Source: Nageia nagi (lineage: Eukaryota > Plantae > Pinophyta). Taken from it: a DNA stretch of 64,000 nucleotides. Below the pieces are notes generated by a model. The model had not been told where the DNA came from. It made no database searches and saw only the letters and a program-made list of their open reading frames with translations. How positions within the stretch are numbered: the stretch's first letter is position 1; the number at the start of each line of letters is the position of its first letter. Positions 35,830-51,376 of this stretch are shown here, piece by piece. The translations under genes were made by a program, and so were the position numbers. Where the stretch lies: contig JBITNC010000001.1 of the NCBI GenBank assembly GCA_050084985.1, forward strand, positions 179,738,001 through 179,802,000. Reading direction: 5' to 3'.

Positions 35830-38800
35830 AATATACCCTAGTTTTTAACTAACATTTATGCTTATCTACCTCATACTTATATGTCTACTTAATCAAATGG
35901 ACCCCTTTATACTTACTAATTTTCTTATCCTTTGGCTCAAGAACTAACTTTCATATTTTATTCATCATCAAATAATCATACTTAATCTTTATAATTGCAT
36001 TAATATTTTCCATGAGATAATATAAAAGTGGAACAATATTCATATATATTAATCTTGTTCATGAGTGTAACCTTTACCCAATAAATATCTTTATGAATCT
36101 TTGCCTCAATTTTATATAAGTTTAATGAATCACATAGAGAATTCATTAATTAAGCATATAGAGGCTATTGCTCTTCTTAAATACTTTAACATACCAACAT
36201 CCACTAAATGAATAATATGATAATGATAATTAAACCTTGCTCTCTAGGATAAGCCATATCATCATCACCAACATCATCATATATGTGAGAATCATCATTC
36301 CTACCATTTGATTGAATATTACCATCTCCAACATCATCTTCATCATCTAATTGAATATCTTCTCATGTAAATTACCATGCACAACACCATGGTTTGTATA
36401 ATAAATAAAAAAGGTGTACATACTCATGCCCAACATACTTATCACGATGTATATCATATGCATCATAAAATAAATCATAAGCCTCCATATATGAAGTAAA
36501 GGATCAATCTAAAATTGAAGATAAAGACTTAATACCAAGAAGCTAAGACAAGTTATATATATCAACATGAGTAGGAATGTTCCCCTTATTAAAACTCATA
36601 TCTATACTATTTATAATATTTTATAGTACCATATTATACAATTTATATCCCTTGGATATTTATTCTCATAGTCTCAAAATGACTCGTTATCCATGATCGC
36701 ATAGTAAGAAGAACCTAAATCTATATAATAATCCTTATGGAAGATAAGATTACAGATATATAAGAATAATAAAATATTATCTTCTACTCATGAGAGGTCC
36801 TTTATACAACAACCCTACTAGAAGAAGCTATTTTTTATGCATCTCCCATAGAATATCCATCCTTTAAAGTTGTTAACTCCTTCCTAATATTCATAATTTT
36901 CATAATATGTTCCTTCTCTTTATTATTAGGATTACTAGAATAGTAACATACTTTATTATTATTATCCTTTAGTACATCCTCCTTCTTATGTTGTTTCTCC
37001 TTTTTATTATATTTTCCTTGCTTGCCTTTTCCTTCCTACTTACCTTAATATTTTCCCTTACATATCTTGCATAATGAGCCTTACCCTTTCTTAAATTACC
37101 AATCCCTCTATTAACCATATTTTGATGTTTGTAAAATCATGTCATACTAAGAAGCTCCTTAATGCTGCCAAACATTAACTAGTCTATAATTTAGATACAA
37201 AATACCAAAAACTATCCAATAAATTATCAAGAATATTATAAATAATTTTTAATTCATTATATTTATACTTCATTATCCTATAGTTGGATGAAATCCATAC
37301 CTTGATGGAATTTGTTAATCCTCATTGTTAAAATGTTTCTATAAATTTTATCTAATTTATTCAATATGTATTTGGGATTGAGTTAGTTCTTATAAGCAAT
37401 GTAATGTGATTACAAATTCATGTTCATGGTAGTACCAACCATATAGTATCACTATATTTCTCATGGTTTTCCTTAGTATAAGTTTTCTTGCTAATATGCC
37501 CTAAATGTTCAACAAAATGAATAATTATAACCTCTTAATATAGAATATTTTCCCTATTGAAGGGATTCAAGACACTCCATTTGTTCTTAATTATTTTATA
37601 ACATTTCATTATAGATATAAGAAAATAATCTAAATTAATATTTAGAGTTTTAAAAATATTAATTCACCTCAAAATTTCACAAAATATCCAAAAATTTCAT
37701 AAAAAATATCACCTAAAAAATTTGGATTTGAATTCAGAGTAGGGATGAAACTACACTCCAAGCTAAATTTTCACAAGGATTCGATATCTATATATGGTTT
37801 TACAAATTTCATCATAAATCTTTTTTTCTATTTTTAACCTTCTCAAAAATATTATTTTGATTATATCTCATGATATAACTATTAAAAAAATGGATCATAA
37901 TTTCAATACATTCTCTTCTTTAACCCTATGAAATGAATTGCACATACAATATCATAAAATTTTAAAATTATAGAATTATATTTTAAATCTTATTGTAAAT
38001 CCTAGCCCTCTAATTATGCTTAAATGAAATATTTATTTAATACCATGATGATTTCTGTAAGAATTACTAAGAGTAGAATACCATATAATTCCAAATAAAG
38101 AAAGATTAAAGGAAAATATAATGCTAAACAAATGGAGAAATAAAATGTATGGTGTGTTATTAATCCATAAATAATTATCATTAACAATGCTTATTTTTAA
38201 AATTATTACAATAAGTGGTATAAGTATCCTTTAAATAGGTACAATAATTTCTATCAAACTATGGGATATAAGTATAACTATTGTATTATACAAGAAAATA
38301 TTTTAATTTCAAGCATGGGTTAATATCTAGCTAATTTATAGACACATATATAACAAATAATAGTTAATCACCCTAGTAATTATAAATACTTAAATACTAA
38401 TAAATATATGGTTTATACTAAATTTAGCTTAGCATCCAAAATTATCTTACTAAAGGAAAGGAAAAGGTGCATAATTAAGGCTAAGGGAAGCATTGTTAGA
38501 GGGATAATGCATAGTAAAGAATAAATAAAAATAATTCCAATATGTCATCAAAAGAAAATCAATAAGGTGGGAGATTGTTTGAATATTACAACAATGAAGG
38601 ACTAATTACTAATTCTCAAAGCTATTTAAAAGCTTTGAATAGCAAATTAGAGGCCTTAGCTGAGATAAGGATGCTTGGCTTTTAAAATATATGGTATTAA
38701 AGGAGATAATGGTCAAAGGTGATTCTCATTCTTGCTAAAAGAAAATCATCCAACCTAGTATAGATCATTGGATATATAGATTTGGATAATCAGATATACA

Positions 38801-41800
38801 TTTTAAAAAATGATATGGTAATGATGAGTTTAATATAGAATATGTTTCATTTGTGATGATTTGATGTTGGCTTCAAGGTTTTTCCCTTGATGTAGGTAAT
38901 AGGTAACCTCATGATGAAGAAGCAACACAAAGACCCTAAGGACCAAAGGTGAATTGGTGATAGGAATGAAAGGGAAAATGATTTGCATTGGATCATTGAC
39001 ATACCCTAAGACCATCATAAATCATGTATCTATATCTAGAATAAATGTTATGATCATTGATTTCTTAATGAAATGTGTTTGCCAATGTGTGTGGATTAAT
39101 ATTTCCCTGTAAGATGAGGTGATCATTGTAGGTAAAGGTGTGTTTCCTTTGTTATATGTTTTTGAAATTTGAATTCAAAATGGAGGAAAAATAATAAACC
39201 TTAGTTAAATTCAAAAATCTACCTAAGGTTAGAAAAGTAAATTTTAATTACACTATTGCCACATAAGGGTTAATAGTGAAATTACTATTTATGAGAAATT
39301 AAATATTTAAAAGTTAGTTTGGAATTTTATGCAATTATTATGGAATCATTAAGGGTGGCACATGTATTTTGTTCTTATGTATAAGGTGGAAAGTGTAAAT
39401 AGCATCAATAGTACCCTATATTTGACTTGAGATAAAAACCTTCAAATTAAAGATATGATCCCATGAAATTATTTGTAATTCTTTATTACCTACTTTAGAA
39501 TTTTTAATTAATTATTTGATAGTAAACCTTAATGGGAATAATAAGTAATTTTGGAAAATTCCTCCACTTGGAGACTATAAATACAAGTGGTAGAACAAAG
39601 GCATTACCACTTCTTCTAAATATATTTTCTCAAGCATCTTAGGCTAGCAATAAGTTGGAGTAGATCCATAGAAGAAGGTCTCTTCTCCCTCTCTTGTAGA
39701 GTACTAGGTGCTCTTATTTTTACTTATTAAAGTTTTAATTTAATCCATTTGAGAATAAATGTATTACTTTATACTTTATTGGCTTTTAGTCTCAATGTGT
39801 TGAACTAGGATATCTATTGATTAAATCTCTATTTAATATTGCCACTTGTTCTTTATCATACATAGCATGTTGTGAAATTTTATGTGATATTGAAATGAGA
39901 GTCACTATACTTCTCAAAAACTATGCATTCTTCTTCCCTATATGTTGATTCCATTATATTTAATAGGTGTAGGAACAACTCTATTATTTTTTAGTTAGAT
40001 TTTGAGTATTTTTCTATGGCCATTGAGTACGCCACACCCTCTCCACATCTGAAGGCATCCCTCTTACATAAGTTTCCTATGAATCCCTTAGTTTTTCTAG
40101 AATGAGATGTTTGAAATCAAAATGGTATTCATTTTCCATAGGAAATCATAGAATCATTGTGCCAAAATTTATCGATGGGATCTAAAAAGGGTTTGAGATT
40201 ATTTATGCTTCAGATTTAGAGTAACCTCCCACACTCTGTATACTATTTAGAACATAACAATCATGTTGTGAGTCCAAAAATATACCTATTAAAGCTCAAT
40301 ATATATCTATAATTGTGTAGGAAATAGCTACTACCATATAGATTCTTGGATGCATTCCCTTCTCTTGTCTACGCATAGAGTCTACCAAACCAAGTCGCTA
40401 GTAAATCAAATTTCTTCTTCATAATATGGATTTTAGATTCTACCAATCAAACCAAAGCTAAGTCTTTGCTTTTGACATTTGTACCTTCTAAATTATCTTG
40501 CATCAACTATGAACCCCTCTAAAGGATATAAGTTCACCAAAATGATCACAGGGTCATCAGTCCCTTCTACAATCTCATATGAGTGTATGCAATTATAGCA
40601 AGTGTTAGAAATTTGTTTAATTGTAAGGTTTATGGTCTTGTATTTATGGTTTGTTGAAAGGTGTTAATCAAAATGAGTTCTTATTTTTGCCTACATTCCC
40701 TCATGATTATTTGAAAAAACTAAACTTTAAAAGCATATGTTTTAGTAAAAATATCTTGTAAGCATTTTTGAGCTATGTTTAAATACTTTGGATAAAGGTT
40801 GCAATAAATAAATGTTCCCTATGTGTGCAATGAGTAGAAGGAGTTGCCTCCACTCTATTCTAATAGAATAATAATTTAAACTCTTAAATTGATTAAATTT
40901 TGAATTCATCCACATAATGAATAGACATGATGGATTTTTGGTTGAAATGTCAATGGAAAATTATTAGGAAAGTTTTAATAAAGAATATTTTTATGAAGCA
41001 ATTAATGGTATATGATTTACAAATAGAAGGATGGAACTTTAAATAAAGGAAGATCTTAATTTTGTTAGCTAATTACTTCAAAGAAATGTCAAACTTGATT
41101 TTTGATATCATTAGTATTAAAGTATTATCAAAGCTTTCAAGACCATAGGATGTAAGTAATGGAAAAAGTGTTATTTCTTATACTATAAAGAAATAAATGG
41201 ATAGTTTGAAATTTTGAAAGGATACTTGGAATGGGTATTACTAATGCTAGAAGATATTAATGACCTAGGAAGTGAGGTATCCATAGTGGAGTAAAAATCC
41301 TCACAAGGTTAATAAGATATAAAACAAAAAATGTTAATACTTCATTTCATATATCATGGTCAATTAAAGAAAGGGGTATCCTGATCCTCCTTTTTCCTAG
41401 TACCCAAACCATCTACCAAAGGTCCATGGCATTGTTCAATGCTTGAAGATCATTGGAGGTGTTCCACAAAATGAATATGACTTCTTAATCCATTAAGATG
41501 AAATGATATGATGTACTACATTTGTTTACAAGTAATGATGTATTATGATCCATTGCATTCATTTGTACTTAAAGTATGAAAGCTTTGTAAATGTCATTAA
41601 CTTAGATATGGGAAAATATATATTGACCTTCTTGTAATTGATCAATATTTTTGTACTAACATAGAGATAAATAAGGAAATTATTTCATTTTGTATACCTT
41701 GAAAGATTGATGAGATTGTACTTTAATAAATTGGTTCTAGTATGTTGTTTGATTTAATGAGATTCCTTGTTATATCGAATGATATTATTGTTTAATGATA

Positions 41801-42689
41801 TGATTAGTAATGATCACATGTATAAGAATAAGAATTATATTTACTTTTACATGAAAATGGTTAGTGGGCACTACCATTTGATTAAATAAATGATTTTTCC
41901 AAGATTCATATAAGAAATAGATATATTAGGTTATCAATCCAAATAAACCCAAAATTATCCCAACGACTTAGAATCAAATCTAAATTCAATTTAGGACCTC
42001 TTGAGAAACTTTGGGGACACTTGGGATCAAATGGATGTAAATGGGACCCAATGGAAATTAGTGGGACCATTTGGGACTCTAAGGAAAATATTTGGGAATG
42101 CTTGGACAACAAGGTAAATAAACTAAAACAAAACTAAAATTTAGTCAAAATTATCTTAGTTAATGAATTCTATCTCAAGTAACAAAATATGAATAATAAT
42201 AGTATAATAAGTTCACAGGGATGACCAAAAAGGAAAGTTTTTAGAAGGGTCCAATAATGCAAGAAAAATATGGATAACCTTCATTGAGTAAACCTACACT
42301 ACAAAATGACAAATGGAAGGAATATTCTTTGTGTGAGGACCACTTAGTGTTGTATTACCTTTGTAATAATAGTAGGCTAGATTTTACCTCACATATTGCT
42401 ACTTTATGTATGCATGAGAAATTTTTAAATGTAGACCCATCTATGCAATACAATGTATATGGGATAAATAGGACTATGTGACTTCCTATGGAAGCCTATA
42501 ATCAAAACTTCCTATGTGCATTTCTTATCAAGGAAAAATAGCACTAATGCTTAGATTAGAACTTGGTATACATTGTGATCAATTATTATGCATGATGTCT
42601 TGTACCCTAGTCACTATTTGGAATCATTATTCTATGGTTATTAGGTCATGGGTGGTTTTTTTCATCAATACATTTAATAATAAATTATA

Positions 42690-43345
42690 CTAAATAACCA
42701 CTCAATGATATTATTTAATATCCATGGCTCCCAAAGTTATGGAAATAGGGATGCCAAACCACATGGTGGGTCTAGTTAATAGTTATAGGTAGGATAGGAC
42801 CCATATCCTTTGACAGGTATGTCATGTGGGGAGAGTAATAAAAAAACTACTATTATCAGGTGAGGGTAATTAGTAGTCATACCACTTATAGTTAGCATAT
42901 AGGGGTATGATGATTGTTTCATAGGAGATGCTAAGCTTACCTAGGATAAGCTATTTGCTCCTATGATATGGAGAGTTATCATCAGGTGTCGATGTTAACT
43001 TAATGTAAGTGCAATCTCTTGGGTGGTATGGGCCTCCAATAGAAAACCACTACATCATAACCAATAAGACTATTCCACATGGGATGTGGAATATGAATGG
43101 TGGGGTCACCTTTGAGGCATCTTCTCAATACGGTGAGTGTTGAGGAGTGGACACTAGAAAATTTATTAGTGTTGGTTATCCCAATTCTTGACCAACTTTG
43201 CCATGTGAGTGCTGAACTAGCTAGTAGCATTATTAATCTCATGTGGGATCTCTTGGTCCATTCCTAGAATATCAAGTGCTAAAATAAAAAAAAAAAGGTT
43301 TAAAATTTAGGGATTTGGTTAATGGGAATTAGTGGATGTGTTACA
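42690..43345 (+). mobile_element. 3' end of a more diverged LTR related to the Tekay-like family (5' extent unresolved)
   Basis: acatggtgggtctagt ... tttgctcctatgat ... tagaaaaccac ... ggtggggtcacct ... ctagctagtagcatt ... tgttaca, colinear with the other three copies. Confidence 0.75.
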
Positions 43346-46300
43346 ATCAAGTGTTTGATACAATAATGATATAATACTAAGAATGTAGAATGCTAATATA
43401 GAAAATATAATGTTAAGGCTTATATATATAATGAGGACATATGAAAGAGATACTATAGGATAAACATAAGAAGATGATGTAAAAAAAAATGTAGATTAAT
43501 GAATGATTAGATATTTTAAAAACACAAAATACAAAACAATTCGATAAAAAATAGGAAATGGTCAATATTCAAATCAATTTATGAGAAGTAAAAGCACCAT
43601 GGATGGTGCATAATAAAATTCCTAAAATAATATTACCAATATAATATAATCATAAGTATTCATAATTAGTGTTCTTACAAAAGAATCTAAACCACAAAAA
43701 AATTTAAGAATTCTCCACAATATGAGATTATTATTTAGAATAATTAAGATCTAAAATAGATGATCTAAACTTGTTAGTATCTTAAATGAATACGAAACAA
43801 ATTTTAGATGTGGTAAATATATGTTTTCAAGTAGTAAGGTATATGTTATGGATCATGCCTAAGAAATATATACCATTAATTATATCACATGGATCATCAA
43901 TGTCCAATGTAGATTATAACTTGTTATAATAAATTATGTATACAATATCAAAATATCTATTATAAGTTGGGTATTAATTTTTACTAACCATACAAAGTAC
44001 GTTGTAATGATATGAAACCAAAAATTAGAGTTATTTATTATAAATTGAATATTACCTTTTACTACCCATACAAGATGTTTTGGAATAATATAACACTACT
44101 ACCAAAAGCATGATTCTCGTTAGGGCAGGTGTTAGAGAATGGAGAAATAATTGCCTGATGCCATTAATGTTAGCAAGTATCAAAATAGCAATATGTATTG
44201 ATTTTTACCATTTTTGGATAATATAATGCTAATGATGATGTTAATTCTGATAGTCTACATTATGCTAAATTTGTACATCTCTTGATGCTAGGCATGAAGC
44301 TAAATTTGAATATTTATTAATGCTAGGGATGACACTACATATGGCTCTAGGGATGACTCAAATTAGCATTATCCATAGCATCATAATAATAGATATTATA
44401 TTTTTCAATATTATTGATTCAATAAGTGCCTCTATACCTAACATAATTAAAATTCTAGTATTATAATAACAAAGATTATATCCATCAATAGTGCCATCAT
44501 GTTTCCCATGTAATTAAAGACAAGCATTTAAAATGCATTGTAATCAAATTCATAATATTAATCAAAATATAAATTAAAATATTTAATTCTTCCACTTCAT
44601 TTTAATAATCATTTAATTTTCATTATCATCTTCATCAATAATATGTACAATATATTTTCCTCTAGGGTTACAATTAATTACAAACCATATTTTCTTATCA
44701 AATACAACTAGATAGGAAAATATTTAACTGCAAAATATCATTTTGTTCCAACCATTCTTTTCAGTACTATATTTAATTCATTTTCATCTATCTTTTCTCC
44801 TTTGATTTCTTCCTTTTCAATTGATTATTTCATCCATGACCTTGGAAACTCTTTTGGCCAATTTTTCATCACTTAGTTGTGTAAGTAGAGATGTACCAAT
44901 TGAATTTTTATTGCAAAATAAAATACATTTTTTTGCAATTATAATTCTTTTACTATTGTATAATTCAATCCACACTTTACAATATTCCATATTCATCATG
45001 ATAAATTATTTTATATATTTTTGCATGTCACAATCTATAAATTCATGATGATATATAATATATGCTCATTAGTAACCATTGATTAAATTAAATCCAAAAT
45101 TCATATACATATTCTTATAAATTACTAATATCTAAAATATTATTAGTACCTTTAAGAGAATATTATGTCCTATTTATTTTTAAAATCTCCCCTACTAATT
45201 TGTCTATCTTTATCTGCATACCACATCTTTGCGATAGAATTATGGATTTGGGAAACATACTCAATTGCACAAAAAAATATTTTTGTACAATGTATCTCTC
45301 ACCCATAGATCCTTTTGATCATGGATTTTTTCTAACAAATTATTTTAGTATTTTTTAAAAATCTTTTCATAAAAAATATATTCTAGAACTTATAACTCAT
45401 GCTATATCAATATCATATACTAGGTGGATCAATATGTGTACTTATATTTCCTTAAAAATAATAAATATTTCCTTTTTTAAATTTATATATAATGCCTACT
45501 ACTTTTATGGATATACAAGTGTATCATAATATAAAAGTAAATAGTAACAATATATGAATTTGATACATCCATCCATACATTAATAATATTATTTTTTACG
45601 AGTCTTTCATCCTAGTTTAATTATTATATTTTCATTTCCAAGCTCCACAAGTCTATTACATTTTGGATTAGGTCTTTTAAAATTATAGTGCACTAATAGT
45701 TCATCATGAGGAGAAAGATTTATATTAGGAACTACACCCACATTACCACCCATTATTCTACCTATGAAGTCTTATTGATCATTTGTAAATCCTACAAATT
45801 CATAATTTGGTAGAAATCTAGTGCCTTTGGAATTGTTTATCTATATTGCAATGTTCCATGCATTTTTGGTCAATCACCAATGCATAAATGTTTTACAAGA
45901 TCTATTTTTGATTTTGAATTTCTAGAAATATTGTATATTGACATATTGAAAAGATAAACAAACCCATGCCAAAATCATATATAAATTCAAAAGGTTTGAT
46001 CATGTATGAATGGCCATAATAACTAAATTATTCATTTGGGAATAATTTTTCAATTGACCATGTATTGTATGCCAAATAATAATATGTATGTTGATATAAC
46101 TATTGTATATTATTTGGTAAATGCAAATCACCAACACTCTCTAATGGTAGATCAATTGGCCCTCATTTGCAATAGTATGTGCTAGTGATGGAATATCCCA
46201 ATTATTTCCCATAAATTTAGAGTATAAAATCATATTATATTATGCAAAGAAAATACATATCTATAACACTTCAATATTCAACTTAAAATCCAAATAATAA

Positions 46301-46449
46301 TAAAATTTTCAATCCTTAACATTGGTAATAGAAATTTGATTTACTAAAAATAATATTATGAACATCAAAATGCATTAATGAGATAAAAAATCATTCATTT
46401 ATGAGATTATGAATAGGAATAATAAAATATGTAACCAAAATATTCAATG

Positions 46450-49060
46450 TACAAGATAATGAGGTTGAAAATCTATAACAAGATTATAAATTTCCTATAA
46501 CAAGAACTAGGGCATCCAAAATATGAGAGTATCTTCATAATTCTTCAAGTGCAAACTTCTATGGTTGTTGGGTTCATCCCTAGACCAAAGAAGGAATATA
46601 AGAGCACATCCCTAACTCCAAAATTCAAATATCAAAGTTCTCTAATAATGCCTTTAAAGGAGATACTCATCTCCCTTTTATAGCGAGCTAAGATAAGTCA
46701 TATTCTAATTTGTGGTTGGCTGACCTAAATCAAAAATAAAATCACTCCTAAAACTACATTATTACAATATACCCAACAAATACATAAAATAATCCTAAAT
46801 CTAAATCACTCCTATGTATCCCTAGAATAGGGTGTTCCATCTTAGAATGCTCAATTTCATATTTTTGCACCCAATTTGGAAAATCATCATCATAGGAATT
46901 AAATAGATTAAAATATTCAAAAATACACAGTAATTCCTCCTAGAGGAAGGACATCCCACTTTAAGTGGAAAAATTACAAATTTAAAATAAATTAATATAT
47001 TGGGGTCCATGTATGTGATATGATAATTCTTGTTCATAGGATGAAATTCAAAATTACATATCTTTGCTATTTCTTGATGAAACCATATCATGTGAATTAT
47101 CAGAATATTTGGTATGAAATTTTCTATCCATTTCAAAATATGAATTGGTGACCCATGATATTTGATGAAAGTTATTCCTTATATAGGGTTTCTCAAAATT
47201 GGGGATATTACAAGTCCTCCCTTACCAAAATTGCTTATCCTCAAGAAAATAATGTATCCTCCCAAAACTATTTGGATGATCCAAATGAAAATGATTGGAA
47301 TTCTAGGATCCTAATTCAGCCTCCAATCAACTTAGATTGAGAAGTCATCACACCAAAATTGTGCCTCCTTCCCTCAAATATCCATGGTGCTCAAGTAAAG
47401 TAATGGTATCAATAATGAGATGTAAAAATGTATGCCAAATTGGATAAGATTTGCATTTCTCATGGAAGTAGTGCTAGTTGGTGTCACCATCCCAATCATT
47501 AATTATGTACAAAAACTCTCAATTTTGTTATCTAAAAAATGATCATAATATACAACCAATTATTGGCTACCCTCATTACAAGTAGTCAAGAATTCATGAG
47601 GTGTATAACTACAATATCCATAAAAATAAATAAATAGGTTAGAAAAAATAAGTCCTCATGTCCTTTGAGGAGTGGAGGATGATTTCATATGTATCTCATT
47701 GCTATCTTATCAAAATAATCCATTTCTTCTAATTTATATTCCTAATAAGCTCCAATAATCACCAAGTTTACCACCATATAATAGCCTCTCTTTTTATCAT
47801 CTAAAATTATTTCTTTATTACAAAAAATTAGTCATCATGATCCTCACTATCATCTCCTTTAAACAATCTCTTGCTATGTTACCAAAATCAAGCATCTTAT
47901 TATAGAGATCAATCCAATTGTTTTTCAATGAAGTCCTCACATAGTAAATGATGATTGGGAAATCCTAAAATACCATCCCAACATGAAGATCAACCTTAGA
48001 ATAAATATCCAAAATTATTCCTTTGATGCAAACATCAGTCCCTAAAATTTCCAATATTGTGTTTGCATATTAGTGCTTGTTTGGGCAACCCCAAATTGTC
48101 TCTTTCAAATAAAATTTTATCATATCATAACTTCTTTTTTTACATAGGAAATATATCTTTTTAATGTTTGACTCAATCTCAATGGTTTCTAATGTTACAC
48201 CCTCCAAACAATCACTTTTAAGACATCCCAAAATAATCCTTTCAATAAAAATATTGGTCATACAATAGCGCCTCCTATGAGCATACCAAAATATCTTCCC
48301 AAAATGATCATTAATCATAAATGCTCCTAATGTTGCATGCCCCGAGTAGCCTTTATTTTGGCAAAGTAAATATTACTTCTTCAAACATTTGGTGAAAAAA
48401 TTACTATTTTCTTTTTTTCATCAAAAATCAACCTTCTTCTTACTCATTGTTGCCTCCCCAAGATGCCTTCTTTCTCTTGAAAAAATGATTTCATTAGTGG
48501 CTTCCATCCTATTATCTCTTCCTAGTTTTGTTTGTAGCAAAAGGTCATAAACATCCTCACCACAAAGATCTACCCTTGCATTGCATCCATACATAATGTG
48601 TGAATGGTTTCCATCCAAATAAGCCATCATGTGTAATGTTGTTATTACTTCTTAAAGATTAATATTTACTCCATGAGAGCACTCTCCAAGGGTTCACTTC
48701 ATTACCTTATTTGCATTTTTATTTTCCTCTCCTTTTTATTTTTGAATTTCATCATGCACATTCCATTTTTTTAGGTCTATTTTTATCATATCATTTTCAT
48801 ATTTATGTTTGGTATTGTGAGGGTAAAAAATACTAACTACATGATTCTCAATTACGGAAATTGCAATGCTTGTATTTCCAATTCTAACCAAATATTCTCT
48901 TTTAATGTTTTGTATTTATCCCATGCAAAAACCCTAAAAACTTAGATTTGAAATAAACATACTTTCTTCCTCATATTTTAATGCAACTTCACCATAGGCA
49001 TATAAGAAATCTAAGAAATCTATCAACTCATTTATGAGAACACAAAATTGATAAGAAAAA
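46450..49060 (-). mobile_element. Decayed, internally deleted gypsy fragment with PPT and 3' LTR (LTR ~46450-47212)
   Basis: Minus strand reads cttgaggataagcaattttggtAAGGGAGGAct|TGTAATATCCCC at 47245-47201; CTATAAAAGGG near 46673-46683; internal domains only weakly recognisable. Confidence 0.5.
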
Positions 49061-51376
49061 TCCCCTATTGACATACATTTCACATATGAAATTTACATGT
49101 GGTATTCCCTAATGAACATTTCATATATGAAATGTACAAAAGTAATAATGGGTTAGTAAGTGGTCTTTTGAGCTATATTAAGATTAACCTCCAATAAGGT
49201 TAAAGCAAAAGTTAGGAGGTTAAATAAGAAACTATAGATTGCTTAAATAGGAACCCATTGTTGAAAATATAAGACCCAAGAATACATTTCCCATATGATA
49301 GCTCTACCATTCTCAAATAAACACCTAGTAATTAAATATTAGTTCAGTGGGTCCCTATATATCCAAACAAAATAATATTTTCCATTGTATGGATATTAGT
49401 TTTCCTAAATGTTGGTATTAAAAGTATCTATATAATTAATAAATTTTAAAAAATAAAATTGGTGCCTCTTAGGGGTAAAAACATCTTATTATCAAATTTG
49501 ATAATAATAATATTCTAGGATTATTAAATAATTTTAAGTTATGTGACTAGGAAGGATGGTGAAGGGGATACAAATCTACAAGAGGTTATGTAAGAAGCGA
49601 GGACTTCAAGGGAGGAATTGAGTGAGAAAAGAATATTTCACTATTACCCTTGATTATGTGTTTGAAGTAACCCTTAAAAAATGCATTTACCTTAAGGAGA
49701 AATGAATAACCAAAGTTCATGAAATGCATGAGAAATCTAAATCATCTAATATTGTACTAAAACCTAGTATTATCCATGAATTTCCACTCTCTCATGGATG
49801 TAATGCACCAAAGCATATTCCTAAAATAGAGGAAATTATAATAGACCATTTTATCAAACTAAATGTACCATAGGAGGAATATCCCAAAGAGATTTTATAT
49901 GAGCATGAAGAACCCAACGAGATTCTTAGTGAAGAGAAAGAACTTGAGGAAGTCATTTTGGTTAAGAAAACTCCTAAGGATATAACCAAAAATTGAAATG
50001 AGTATAATTATGAATGATACTATAGTTTTTTATCATATATATATGTGTAAAATAGACTTTTAGAAATTGTAATTTTAAACTTAAAATAGACAACATAAAC
50101 AAAAAAAGGAAAATAAATAAAGATAAGGAAAGTCACAACTTAAAAGAGACAACATAAACTATGAGTAGGTAGGCCTTATAATAGTAAAAATGAATAATAA
50201 AACAATAAGTCAAAATGATAATATTATAGGAAATAGACACTAATGTGAAGGTGATATACCTACAAGAGTAATGGGAAAGGTAAGTACCACAACAATATGG
50301 TGGCCCTCTTGCAAGAGTTATGGGTAGAAAAGAGGTGACCAACATCATTATTGCCAAGGACTATGAAATGATTGTTAATTTATGGAAAATTTACTAATCC
50401 ATGGAGGCTTAATTTTATAACATGCATCATGTATGAGAATGTAATGTTAGGGTATGAGCTAATCCCCTTAATTGTTATGGATTATTAGGATTAACCCCAT
50501 TAGAACTATGGTATAAATGCTAAATAGGCCAAAATATAGTACCTATGAGTATGTGCATAGGATATGAGATAAGCCACTATAGACTTCTCATCTAATATGG
50601 AATGGTTAGGATAAGTAAGCATAACTTTTAAATGCTAAGTGAAAGAATAAAAATTAGCCAACTTGAATATCGAGCATTAACTAAAATGATAAAAAACCCT
50701 AAGTGGATAAAACCTCTATTACCTAAAGAAAACAAAAATATCAATTTATTTGGAAAACTTATTATCTATATTAAGATATTTATTATCAATATAGGTGAAT
50801 TACTTATTCTCAATAGTAATAGTTTTATTGATGATTTTATTATCATTTATTTTTATTCCTAGCAAGTGACTTGTTTTATCCCTAAAGGGATAACATGATG
50901 GTTAAGTTCTTGGATTTACCTCTAGAGAGGTGTCACATTTACCCTACTAGTGGCAATGAGAGCATTCCTATAATATTTTACCTCATAATAATACCAAATA
51001 GAAAATAATTAACTTGTGTTAAACTAAAATTTTGAATTAATTTTTAGATCATCCCACCATTGATCCTTCAAGGAGGAAATTCTAGAAATATTGATGGTTC
51101 TAGTCAAAATAAGGTTAAAGTACAAATAGGGAAGCATAGAGAAAATGAAATAGCATTCCTAAATAATATTATTAAGGAATTGTGAGATTAAATAACCCAA
51201 AATTAATACATGTTATAATATTTAGTAACCATATGGTTAATAATATTGAGCTAAAAAATAAACCTAATAATGAAGAACCAAAAAAAAGGTCTCTAAGAAC
51301 CCACTTAAGGAAGGTGAGGCTCAATTAAAAGAGAGGATTGAGTTAGAACTCTATAGGGATTGAAAAAATGAGTAAT

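Noticed and set aside
35830-42600. Possible further gypsy internal and LTR remnants (GPF-like near 35900 minus, TATA at ~39577)
   Set aside because: Too decayed to assign boundaries or family without alignment tools.
43350-46400. Degenerate tgctagggatga-like repeats (~44280-44360) and faint minus-strand integrase-like traces (~45200-46200)
   Set aside because: Signal too weak to call by eye.
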